From assembly GCA_010093815.1 (NCBI GenBank), contig ML996567.1: a stretch of DNA of 64,000 nt, one strand, 5' to 3'. Of the stretch, positions 11,107-23,250 are shown piece after piece. The stretch is from Pseudovirgaria hyperparasitica. Its lineage: Eukaryota. Both the position numbers and the translations under genes were made by a program. How positions within the stretch are numbered: position 1 is the first letter of the stretch; each line of letters begins with the position of its first letter. The notes under the pieces were generated by a model. It made no database searches, had not been told where the DNA came from, and saw only the letters and a program-made list of their open reading frames with translations.

Positions 11107-12658
11107 ATGTTTTCAAAGAGAGTCCTCATCTCCCTCGCGGCGTATGCTGCTGCATTCCCGGCCCCAGAGCCACAGGTTGCAGGCTATACTGACGCTAATG
11201 CTCCGTACGCGGATGATGCGCCAACGCCTGTTACAAATATTGCCAGTTCGTTCGGCCCTGGCTCTCAGATCCCTTACACAGTGGTCACTCCTGCTGTTGC
11301 TGCTCCTCCTCGTGTCAGTGGTGCTGCCGGTGTATTGACTGGGCACACCAGCCATGGTCCGTATGAAGGGACGCCTACAACTATCGGTGCTGTTCAAGCA
11401 CCCACAACTTTGGGTGCACAGATTCCGATGTTGCCGCCGAATCCAACTGCGACGTATTACAATAAAGATGGAACGCTTCAAGAGCCGGCTCCAGTACCGT
11501 ACCAGCCAGCTGGTGAGTCATTCAAGTTCACTAATATGGTGGAGACATGCTGATATCGTTCCAGGTGGTCTAGGAACCAACGGCACTGAGCCACGATATA
11601 TGGTGAACAGTGACTTCGACTTTGAGTCTCTGTCGCTAGGTCTCTATCAGGAGTGGATCGAGCTCGATTTGTTCAATAACGGACTAGCAACATTCTCTGA
11701 AGAAGACTTCCTTGCTGCAGGCTTGACGGGTGAAGATCGCGCTCTCATCGCGTTCATGGCCCAGCAAGAAACTGGGCATGCAACTCTTCTGACCAACATG
11801 CTTGGTGAAGCTGCGCCAGGCCAGTGCACATACAACTACCCATACAGCACTGTCCGCGAGTTTGTCGACTTCAACCAGAAATTAACCAAATGGGGCGAGT
11901 GTGGTGTTTGGGGTTTTATCAACCATCTCGACTCTCGCGAAGCTGGTCAACTACTAGCTCAGTCAATCGCTACGGAGACACGTCAACAAATGTCGTTCCG
12001 CCAGATGCTCGGGCAGCATCCTTATCCCTTCTGGTTTTCGACTGGTATTCCACAGTCTTGGGCTTGGACATACTTAGCTCCCTACATCTCCTCGTGTCCG
12101 GAGAATACCACGCGCCTCGCATGGCAAAACTTCCCGGCTCTTACCATCGTTAACCAAGCCAATCCTAACAGATGGAATCCAAACAACACCGCGCCTGGTG
12201 AGGTTGTTGGCCAGCGTGTCGCTGATCCTAGTAACTCGACGATTCCTGATGAGGAGAGCTGTGTCAACCTGAACGTGACCGGTTATGGCTGCGGACCAGC
12301 TATCAGCCGTAATCGAACGAATCCTCTTTCATTTCCCGGAAAGATTCTGAATCTCAAATGGGAAGAACCAGGCCTGGCAGTCGGCCCCAACAATAGCTAT
12401 GTCACCTCGACCACTGCGGCACAGCCCGCCTTTGTTGCTTGGGTTTCGCAGCTCAACCTGACATACACTCCCTTAACCATTACTGGCCAGAATGAGGGTT
12501 GGACGTATCAGCCTGCTGGCGAAGTGTACGAGGGCGACCCGGCTGTCAACGGTACCATGTTCGTTGCTTTGACTGATACGAACATGACCTTCACCGCTTT
12601 TAATTTGTCAAACATCAATCCGCACGTTCGCGCTCTTGGGTTATACACCGCTGGGTGA
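11107..12658 (+). CDS. rds1: Rds1-like secreted stress-response protein (ferritin-like domain)
   Basis: Exons 11107-11512, 11565-12658. Signal peptide; SDFDFESLSLGLYQEWIELDLF, QETGHATLL, CTYNYP, WFSTGIPQSWAWTYLAPYISSCP. Confidence 0.85.
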
Positions 12659-12972
12659 GCAACGTGTCGAACAGAAAGTGTTGTATTTTGAAGAATTATT
12701 GTTGTTTAATGATGTATGATCGGACGAAGTTTACAGTACATAATAAGGCACGATGATGTTGTATAATATTGAATGAATTGCAACATTTATCAGATTATCT
12801 ACATAAGTCGTTCCCTAGCGTGACACGTGCGTAGTCAAATACGGTCTAACGCTGATTTTAGCCCACTAATGGAAGTTATCTGCTCACTCCAAATGCCCCA
12901 TCACAACATTCACTCCTTATCCGGCCTCTCCGCAAAACACCAAAGCTCCATCTCCAACTTGGCGATGTAGCC

Positions 12973-14298
12973 ATGGCCGATGCCGGCCATTCCAATACGA
13001 CTCCTCTGGATCCACATCAACAACATTTCGACCCTTCACTTGTCGCGCACCATCACAACTTCAAGAATATAACGGCGAGCCACTTTGACGGCTCTGCTTC
13101 ATTACAGCAGTTCCCCAATCTGAGTCAAGGTTATGAGGAGCAACCAAGCCCGAGCGTTCACTCGAACGTACAGCATAATGTTCCCTCCACGCCCAATATA
13201 GGGATTCCAGAACACCAGTCTTTCGACATGGCTCCACCACCCGAAACCACGTTTGGCTCTTTTGCAGACCTCCACGCGTTCGCGCAATCTCATGCTGCGG
13301 CGCATGGATACGCGCTCTCAATCAACACTACTGCGAAGAACCGTGCTCGCGTCAAGCTTGCTTGTGTGTGCTACGGTAACCCAAAGAATACACATAAGCT
13401 CACAGATGAAACCCGAATTCGTAAGAATCGACTGAGCGCAAAGACTGGTTGTCGCATGTGGGTTGAAGGCAAGAAAATGGATGATGGAACCTGGGTCCTA
13501 CGGGTGGGACAAGGAAACCACAATCATGCGGGGCGCAATGTAGAAGAGTGGTCTGTACATCGACGACGGACCTGGGGCCTCGGGGGAGCAGGTGGTGGCA
13601 TTGTCGCAGGCGCTGTACCTGCAGCACAGACGCGTGTAGGCGGCAATGGCTCAGTAGGAGAAATCGTGTGGAAGATCGTCGAGACTGAAATGGCTCGTGG
13701 TTCTGCTGGTAGCGGTATCAATGAGCAAACAGGCGCGCGAGATCGTGGAGTGGGCCGCACAGTGAAGGTACTACAGGAGCGTTTACCTGGTATCCGTATC
13801 TACAAGAGAGATATTTACAACATTCGAGCACAAATCAAAAAGGCCAGACTCGAGCAGGAGCAAGCGCAAGAGAACAACGGCGATACTTCAATGACGGACT
13901 TTGGAGCAAACAGCCAGGATTTTGCAGACCTCGAGTCTCAGCTTGACCCAGCGCTCATGAGACAATGTCAACAAGCCCTTGACAACCAGCAGCAGAACGC
14001 ACAGCTGCAAGGAATGAACAATAATGGCACTCCCTCTCAGCTAATACGGCAACCCTTCATACCTGCGAGCGAACAACAGCTTCGCGCGCATGAGCAAGCG
14101 AACGAAGATGAAGTACTGCAGCTGCGCATCGAGAATCAAGATCTCCGGGATCAGATCGAGAAACTCAAGGCTGAAAGTGGTAGAAATACTAGGGAGGCCG
14201 AGAAAGCCAAAATTGAGTCGCAAAAGCTCAAAGTCCAGGTCGAGCAATTGAAGCTGGAGGTCATCTATCTTCAAACTTCTGAGAAGGATACACAGTAG
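12973..14298 (+). CDS. FAR1/WRKY-GCM1-type Zn-finger protein (Mutator-derived), putative transcription factor with C-terminal coiled coil
   Basis: FGSFADLHAFAQSHAAAHGYALSI...LAC...KTGC...WVLRV...HNH, then RDIYNIR, a Q-rich region and a coiled coil. No DDE domain recognisable; intronless. Confidence 0.8.
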   Translation: MADAGHSNTTPLDPHQQHFDPSLVAHHHNFKNITASHFDGSASLQQFPNLSQGYEEQPSPSVHSNVQHNVPSTPNIGIPEHQSFDMAPPPETTFGSFADLHAFAQSHAAAHGYALSINTTAKNRARVKLACVCYGNPKNTHKLTDETRIRKNRLSAKTGCRMWVEGKKMDDGTWVLRVGQGNHNHAGRNVEEWSVHRRRTWGLGGAGGGIVAGAVPAAQTRVGGNGSVGEIVWKIVETEMARGSAGSGINEQTGARDRGVGRTVKVLQERLPGIRIYKRDIYNIRAQIKKARLEQEQAQENNGDTSMTDFGANSQDFADLESQLDPALMRQCQQALDNQQQNAQLQGMNNNGTPSQLIRQPFIPASEQQLRAHEQANEDEVLQLRIENQDLRDQIEKLKAESGRNTREAEKAKIESQKLKVQVEQLKLEVIYLQTSEKDTQ

Positions 14299-15026
14299 AA
14301 TTGGCGACGGCTTGTATGCCAAGGTGCGATGGAGGCATTCATGGATGATCCATGCTGGCCGTTGCACTCCGAGGTACTCCGTACTTGGTCTCAAAGCAAT
14401 TCCGCTTCGTTCAAACAGTCATTCCGATGTGCTGTTACTTTGTTTAGATTACCCATGCGGCGTTAACAAGATGTTTCGATTAAGTGTTTCTCCTCATATC
14501 TTAGCGCTACATGGTCAACCTTCATTAGGTTCCAAACCAGCTCGAAGAGCGCGATTTTCCTATTTTATCTATGCTACGCCCTCCCTGTAGTTTCGAAGGC
14601 TGTGTAGTGACATTCGAAATGGCAACCAAGTGGCGCCGACGGGGTTGGTGGCCAAGATCAGCTTCAGTCGCACCACACGGCGCAAATTTTAAGATCAACA
14701 TGGGAAGGAATGTATCGTGAGTTTTCATGGCCAATGAATTCCAGAGCCGACAGCGGAAGATTGGGTCTTCTGCTCACCAAGAGCTGCAAGGATCCACCCT
14801 GATTGCTGAGCTGTTCCGGACGGTGTGTGTCTTCCACTGCCCCTCCCCGTCCAGCTACAAGTGGAGAGCTATGATGTCGTTCGATACCTCTCTTCGCTAA
14901 CGAGGTACTCTGGGTGATCGCTCAACAAAATTTCTCCTGCCATCGATTGAGCCTGCAAAATACACCTTCTTGCGCTCGAGAAACCACAACATACTGCTCG
15001 TTGTTCATTCTTTCTAGTTGCCCATT

Positions 15027-16974
15027 ATGTCTCAAATGCCTTTCCGGTCCACGCCTCTAAAGCGCCCCTCAAGGCAGCTTTCACTAGACCCCCGCGAGGA
15101 CCTCAACCCTCAACTGAAGCATTACATTGGTATCGATGTGGGTACGGGCAGTGCCCGTGCGTGTGTCATGAACGAGAGGGGAGATATCGTCGGGGTTGCT
15201 GCTGAGAACATTGGTCTCTGGCAGCCACAGACTGGATATTACGTACGAGCTCGTGGTTACGGTCCCATATACTCGACTGATGCAAATATATACAGGAACA
15301 ATCAACGACAGATATTTGGCGATGCATTTGCCAATCTGTACGAGAGGTAATGACCAGTCATCAAATCGACCCAGCTACCGTTCAGGGCATCGGCTTCGAC
15401 GCCACCTGCTCTCTGGCCGTCTTCTCGCATGACACGGACGAGCCAGTCGCAGTGACAGGGCCCAATTTCGAGAATGATGGGAATGACCGAAATGTCATCC
15501 TGTGGCTTGACCACCGACCGGTCGAGGAGACCAACAAAATCAATGCTACAAACCACAATTTGCTGCGATACGTTGGGGGCAAAATGTCGATCGAAATGGA
15601 AATTCCGAAGGTGTTGTGGCTGAAGAACAATATGCCAAAGGAGCTGTTTGATCGTTGTAAATTCTACGATTTAACGGATGCCTTGACGCATATTGCTACT
15701 GGCAACGAGACCCGGAGCTTCTGCAGTGTGGTGTGCAAACAGGGTTTCGTACCTGTTGGTGTGGATGGCAGTGTCAAGGGCTGGCAAGGGGACTTCCTTG
15801 AGGCGATTGGTTTGGGAGAGCTGGCTGAAGATAACTTCAAGCGAATGGGCGGCGTTAATGGAGTGGTTCAGTTTCACTCATCGCTTGTGTGGACATTTGC
15901 TAATTTTGCTGGTAGAATGGACGTTACCTGACTGCTGGGGAGATGTGTGGTACTCTCAGCGACAAAGCTGCGCAGGATATGGGCCTGGCTCCTGGTATCG
16001 CTGTGGGAAGTGGTGTCATCGATGCCTATGCTGGCTGGATCGGCACTGTTGGTGCCAAAGTCAACTTAAACTCAGATGAACTTGACAGCAGCGTAGCCAA
16101 GAACGACGTATCTCAGGCATTCACTCGCCTTGCCGCCGTTGCCGGCACGTCGACGTGCCATTTGGCTATGTCAGAGAAACCAGTCTTCGTGAATGGCGTG
16201 TGGGGACCGTACAGAGATGTGCTATTGCCCAACTACTGGATGGCGGAAGGTGGCCAGAGTGCCACCGGTGAGCTCCTCAAGCACGTACTTGAAACTCATC
16301 CTGCGATCCAAGAAGCAAACTCGGTAGCCGAAACGTTTAACACAAATATATATACCTATCTCAACGAGCATCTCGCAGAGATGGCTCAGAAAGAGAATGC
16401 ACCAAGCATCAGCTGGCTGGGCAGGCACTTCTTCTTCTACGGCGACCTATTCGGAAACCGTTCCCCAGTTGCGGACCCGAATATGAAGGGATCTGTGATT
16501 GGACTGAGCTCTGACAAGAGTCTAGATGGTCTCGCTCTCTATTACTACGCTACGATGGAGTTCATTGCTCTGCAGACTCACCAAATCGTCTCAGCCATGA
16601 ACAAGTCTGGCCACGTCATCTCTTCGATTTTCATGTCAGGATCGCAGTGCCAAAACCCTGTCCTGATGGATCTGATCGCAACCGCATGCGACATGCCCGT
16701 GCTAATCCCACGATATGTGCATGCGGCCGTTGTTCATGGTGCTGCTATGTTAGGCGCGAAAGCTGCCAGTACGGACAAAGACGGTAACAGCGAGCCGTTG
16801 TGGAACATCATGGACCGGATGAGCAAGCCTGGAAAGATCGTTCGCCCTTCGAACGATGAGAATCAGAAGAAGCTTCTACAGGCCAAGTACAAGGTCTTCT
16901 TGGAGCAATGCGAGAGCCAGCAGCGTTACAGGAAGGACATCGATGCCATTACGGAGGGCTGGGGTAAGAAATAG
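15027..16974 (+). CDS. FGGY-family pentulose kinase (D-ribulokinase, YDR109C-like)
   Basis: Exons 15027-15242, 15296-15865, 15916-16974. YIGIDVGTGSARA, GIGFDATCSL, WLDHR, IDAYAG, AGTSTCH, EGGQSATG, GNRSP. Confidence 0.93.
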
Positions 16975-17316
16975 GTCTATCGATTTAGCTTGCAAGGATG
17001 AGTTTGTCTATGATGATGAGAAGGCTAGGAAAAGTCCTCCGTAGTGAATTAACGTCAATAGAATAAGGTGGCATGTTTCAGCTTGCACATGTATTGCATG
17101 TACGACCCAAATCTTTTTCCTCGTGACATTCACAAGCGCCAAGCTGTAGCAGAGACCGAGGCATTCACGTCAGTGGTGGTCCGTGCTGCAAGCACAATCT
17201 GGGGCTGGGTTAGAGGTAGATCGAATGCGACAACCCAAGGGAATAACCAGCATCGCCAGCCATGAATATTCCCCCTCTCTTCACGCATTCCAACACATGA
17301 ACCAAGCATTGCGACC

Positions 17317-19009
17317 ATGTCTTCCTCAGGTGCATCCTCGACTCGATCGGACAAAGTAGATCCGGTCCTCCGCAATGCGATACGATACACGGTCTCTGCA
17401 CGAGAGTACGAACTCCTCCACCAATACCTGATCTCGCGTGCGCCTGTGGTACGCAAACGAACACCACCTCCGCCGAATTACGAAGCTACCGTTAAAGACA
17501 AAGACGATTACAATGCAGCAGCTATAAGAGCGTCGGTGCGAGTCTTTATCGCCAGCTACGTCGGTTCGAAGGGCTGGGAGTTATTTACTACGAAGATATT
17601 ACGAAGAACACAGTCTCAGCAGTACGTTCCCCAGCAAGAATGCTCATATGGAATATTGAGAGCTGACATTGGCTTACAGGACGTCATCCCGTGCAATCAA
17701 GTCTCCTCATGTTCGCCTCTCGGGCTCTCTTGCGCTCATCCTTCTCTTCCACCGTCTCCTTCATCGCTTCTTCATTCGACTACGAGCACAAGTCCTTTCA
17801 GATGAGGCACGACCGTTCCGTCGGCGCAATCCACGAGTTGCGAAGACACTTACATCTCGACTTGCGCCTGCTGTAGGTGCCAGTCTAGCAGGCTTCTTTC
17901 TAGCTGTGTACCCAGCAGACCAGCTACGAGTGACCATTGCCATCTATGTCTTCACGCGAGCTTTGGAATTTGCGTATAATGGCTTGGAAAATAAGGGTCA
18001 CTTCCAGAACAGGCCATGGTGGTTTGGCTCCTGGCTCCTTATGCCCGCAGCGTGTGGACAGCTACTGCACGCCTTTGTGTTCGATCGAGATTGCTTCCCG
18101 GAGGCTTACGGGAAGTTCATTCTGAAGAACAGCCCGCGTTATATCCAGACGAGACCGGAGGGATACGCCGCAGCAGCCCCATGGCCAGGCACGTTTGAGA
18201 TCGTTGACAGTCTTGGCACCATGTCAAAGCTCAAGTGGCCGTAAGTCCTACGACTCTCCTTGTATTCACAGCACACATCGCTAATGATCTTTAGCGCGTT
18301 CGTCTCTCCTATCCTTTTCCCTAAAGCGCAAACACTTCCGCGTTCCCTCACACGTATCGCACCCATAACCTCGCCCGCACATCCTGCGATTAAACCCCTC
18401 TCCTGCGCCCTCCTCCATCCAAACGACCCCTCCTGCCTTCGGACATACATCACATACTACATACAAGCCTTCCCTGCCGTGACCCGCTTCTTCACCATCA
18501 TCTTCACTGCGCTCTCCGTATTGCGCTACAAAACATTCATTTCCGCGCCCGTTCCCTTCCTCAACGCCCTTGCCGCACGCATATTACGCATGTCGCTCTT
18601 CATCACTGGTGCCATCGGCACCTCCTGGGGCTCAATCTGTTTTTTCCAACATGCACTTCCCCGAGGATTTCTGCCTACACAGCGCTTCTTCCTTGGTGGT
18701 GCTCTGGGCGGCTTATGGGCGTTTCTCGAACGACGAGGCGGAAGAGGAAATTTCTTGTATTCGGCGAGGCTGAGTCTAGATAGTGCGTGGAAGGTGGGCG
18801 TAAAAAGGGGTTGGTGGAAGGGGGTCAAGAATGGGGATGTGTTGCTATTGGTGGCGAGTTTGGCGTTGGTTAATGCGACGTATGAGGTCGATCCTAAGGC
18901 TGTGAGTGGTGGAGTTGTTCGAAAGGGTTTGGGGATGTTGAGGGGGGACGGGTGGGTTGACAGGGCTGTCGAGAGGGAGGGTGTAGTGGAAGAGAAAGAA
19001 GAGAAATGA
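17317..19009 (+). CDS. TMEM135-like peroxisomal-type integral membrane protein
   Basis: Exons 17317-17621, 17680-18240, 18295-19009. DPVLRNAIRY, RVTIAIYVFTRA, CALLHPNDPSC, GAIGTSWGSIC; several hydrophobic segments. Confidence 0.8.
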
Positions 19010-19768
19010 GAGTGGCCCATCATTTGCCTGTTTTATTTTGCATTGCGTTGGGCGGCTGTAATCTTGTCTGGTCTATCATGAGGCGTTGGGGGCGTGATGA
19101 GTATATACACATATATGCTCAAGGCATGCACTTTAGGAGCCGTGTAGTCTTATGATAAGCTGATCTGGTAACATACCGATCAGCAAGGGCTGTGTTTGAT
19201 GCTATGAAAATAAATGTATGGATGTAGGACTGTAGTTTGCTATCGGTGTTCGCATCTCATCTTGGTCTGTAATGGCCAAACAGGGCCCTTACAAATGCGC
19301 CAGTTGAGCCAGATCTTGAAGAAACAAAGATCTGCTCCAAGCCTGAGGCGCTATGTACTAAGGAATAGTAGGTCTGGCACTCGGAAGATCGAGGGTTAAG
19401 GAAAGAACGCCGATCGAATGTTCAATGCGTCCACAGTCTTGTGTGACTTAAGGTATGGGACAGCGATGTAGTCTACGACAATGGCACGCGTCTCTCGAGT
19501 CCGTTTAGTCTGTACGAATGCTAGTATTGTTATAGATATGAGATCCTAATGGGTTCTAGCAGGCTTAGCCGACGCATGTGTTTACAGCATTGCAGTGGTG
19601 CGAAAAGGGGTAATAGTCCTCCCATCTCGATGCATAACTGCTGCGAATGTATGCAGAATTACGAATACATACACTACGCTATGGTATCTATATATTGCCT
19701 AAAAATAAAGTCGTTGATCCCAACCGCTAACCCATGCAATGTCAAACGTAACAGGTAAGAATGCTCTA

Positions 19769-22543
19769 CTACCTCCTCGGACAGCCGAGCGACCTCAACG
19801 CCGAACTATCTTGTCCGACCTCACATACACCTGAGTACAACTGATTCGACACACCTCCATTCGGCCCTTGCAGCGTCGAGTCCTCGCTTAGTGTCGACAC
19901 CTTGCTATTCTGCAACGCCAGCGGATGGCAATACGTCGAGCCGCTACACCCACTAGCCGCATTCCGGTTATTGCATTTCTGCAGGCACACGTTGATAAGC
20001 TTGTACTCGCCATTGGCGCAGCGCACTTCTGTCTCTGTGCATTTGCTGTTGGACGGACAGCCGCCGGCAGACGTGCAGAGCTGGATTGAAGGTGTGCTGC
20101 GGACATCGCGCGGGCCGGCTGTGATACCGACGTCGACATCGATGGTGGAGATGATCGCGTCGGCGCCGGCGATGACATGTTTTTCCTCGACTTGCACGAG
20201 GGCTTCTTTGGGTGGTGCAGCAAGGTCAGGGGTGGCGTCTTTCGCGGCTGTGTGGCCGGTGGAGCCTTGCACGCAGAGCGTGGTGTCGTTCCAGGTTGCT
20301 TGCACGGCGTCGAGCCAGAGCTGGGTCATGTTGTAGGCGTTGTCGAGGGTGTAGTAGATGCGGCAGTCTGCGGCCAGATACTTGAATTGAAGGGGCACGT
20401 TGTCGCCATCTCGGATCTGGTCGCGGAGGTTGAAGCCTGCGTAATTTGTGAAAATGGCACTGTCGCGGTTTTGGGGCAGGATGGAGGCGGCTTCGGTGCT
20501 GAGGCCGCTTGCGTAGTCAAAGTCTACGTCGAGGAGGTCTGCTGAGTATAGGCGGGCTCCTCGACTCCCGCTGGCAGCCTGCATGGGTCCGTCGTGTGGT
20601 CGTCCACCGGCTACGATTGTTTTGACGCCGCCTTGGTAGCTCATCATCTCGGCAAAGACAACACAAGCAGAAGAACAGAGGCCGTCGGTAAGCTAAGAGC
20701 TGTCAGTATATCATATTTCGCTTTAACACACGGTCAGATACTAACAAGCACAATGTCCTCTGGGTTCCATGGCCGTTCTGTCGAAATTTGGTTCTCTGGT
20801 CCATACCCATAGGCCACCCAATTGTCGAAAGCAGCTGCCGCAAAATCGAGATCGGACAAGTTGTAGCGCTCCGTAAGGGAATAGGTAGTGTCGAGAAAAG
20901 TGCGAGGACCAGCGTATTCCGCCCAGCTCTGGAACTTTGCCTTAGTATCCGCATTGAGCCTGTCTGTAATAACCCATCTGAAGAAATACAGTCAGTTCTT
21001 GAATATTTCTTCTACCAATGGCAAAGAAAACTTACTCATCAGCAGCCAGGAGTGACCTGTTGTACTGGGCGACTTCGTCGTCCGAATTCGCGAGCGAGTC
21101 CCAGTACGTCGTATGGACTGTTCCCAAAAAGTTGGCCATATCTTGTATATGCCTGCGGCTACCAGCGAATGGCTCCAACTCCGGGAAGAACTGCTTGAAG
21201 GTGTCATAGGCTAGGAAGACTGATCCTCCAGGATTTTGCTGCAGGTCGATCACAACACGCTTTATTTTTGCCTCCTTTGCTCTCGTGATGAATTCACTGA
21301 CAGATGCCGAGAAGTTTCCAATGTCATAACCGTAGAGCTCGAATGTCGGGATACTGAGAACTGCAGTGGAGGAGTCATTGAGAAAGTATCCGGTCAATAC
21401 ACCTCCACCCGTGACAGAGAGATCTCTTTGCACAACGTCCGGGTCTGGGTAGGCGCCAAAGCTCGTTTCCGACCAAGACTGAAGTTCGCTCTCCCCGCCT
21501 TCATTATCATCTTGCCGCTTTGAGGTCGAAACAATAGGGTCATTCAACGGGCATTCGGGGTCACAGGCAGCTGGTAGAAGCCCTAACACAAAGTAGTTGT
21601 AAAAGTCCCCAGGCGTCTTCAGAGGCCCAGTCAAGTCCACCTCGTTGTAGTAAGCAACCCATTGCGTCTCAAGACTGGATCCGTTCTCGAATTTGAAGAC
21701 AAGCGTGTCGCCAGGGTAGAATGTTGCGCCACCACTAAATGCATTCAGGGCACCCATGATTTGCTGCGCAGGATATGACATTAACTGATTGTAGTCGGCG
21801 TGTGGTTCGAGCGTGCCAATAGAGTTCAGAGCTGCGAATGCTGTCAAGTAAGTATCAGGATGCTGGTCATTGATAGACGAAATCGCTGAAACAGTATAAC
21901 CATCTCTATGTGCAAGTATGTCATCTAGACTGCGGGTCAATACTCATCCATTCCAAGGATTCCCTGTGATTTTCTCACCTGTTATGTAGACTTTAGGGAC
22001 CGCCTTGCCGTCTGGAGAGGCAGATGTAATATAGTACGGACTTGAGAATGAGAATGCAGCGAGGATGCCCGAGACCAAGTCGACGTGCCCGTCATGAAAG
22101 GCATATACGACACCTTGCATGTCTGCTTCAAATTCATATTGATTCTTGTATGCGTTGTTGAGCGCATTCTGCTTGATTCTGCTCAACTCGGCGTAAAAAT
22201 CGAAAGCTGGTTGCTGGTACTCTTCGGGGGGCGACTTGAGGTAAGGGATCGTGCTGTGAAATTGCATCGTCGTGTTATAGTACTCGATGAAACGGACAGC
22301 AGGATCCGCGTAGAATGGAACACTCAACAGACACTCGTAGGCATCGCGGGCAAGAAATGCAAGAGCCCCTTCATTGTCGACCGCAGAGATGATCTGCCCA
22401 CAGATAGTCTGCGAAGGGTTGGGTATATCGCCTGCTCCAAGCACTGTTCCGATATCTATTGGCGTTCCCTGGGCATTTGGTGGAGGTGTAACGCACGTCT
22501 GACAAACGAGGCCCAAAAATCCAACAACGTCGACGCCAAACAT
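19769..22543 (-). CDS. Peptidase S41 family (CPAF-like) protein with Cys-rich C-terminal tail
   Basis: Exons 22543-21979, 21924-21036, 20977-20746, 20692-19769. AYECLLSVPF, AFHDGH, AVLSIPTF, VIDLQQNPGG, catalytic-type LTDGLCSSAC, GGRP..GPMQA..GSRG, ADCRIYYT. Confidence 0.9.
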
Positions 22544-23250
22544 GATGAGAGAATGACAACGCACGCGAGCGCAGTGTATGAAAATGAACGACACGAGTCT
22601 GATGCAGTCCGCTCCCCTACAGCCTCATCCTGAGGCGGCCGCCTGCAGTCTTTTACATGATAAGGTGATTAGTTACCAAGTCCCTACACGTGCCTGAGAT
22701 GGTAAGGCTTTTGTCTAAATTAGAGTATGAGGTTGCATGAATTGGGGGCGTTTTGGGTCGCTGTGGCCCCAAAAGCATATGATAGGATTCTGTGGCTGCT
22801 CAAGGGGCTGTAAGTGGCCAGTGGTGAGCGGGCTGAGCCGTTGCGGCCCCTAAAACGAATGTTAGCGACCTCAGCTGATGGGGGCTAGCAGTGAAATCCA
22901 TCCTATCCTGCCGTCCAACAACCCCTACAATCCCTCCAATGTCCCACGACATGCTTTCTAGCCTCATGCTGAAGCACATTAGCAACGCCGTTCTGATTAG
23001 CGAGCGGACGTGTAGTGTGCTGTCCTGAGGCCGACACGACAACGATCATAAGCTTAACCCGCAGCTGTCTCTCCCATGTGTAATCACCACATTTCAGCCT
23101 CATCTGGGCATCCGAGAGTGAGACGTCGGACTTCTGTTCACTAGCTTCGTACCTGTCTCACAAGCGATCTTCTCCTCAGGCTGTGTACGGATAAATTCTT
23201 GGTAGTAATTACATCAGCTGCGTGCAATCATACCTCATCCGAATCTAGGC

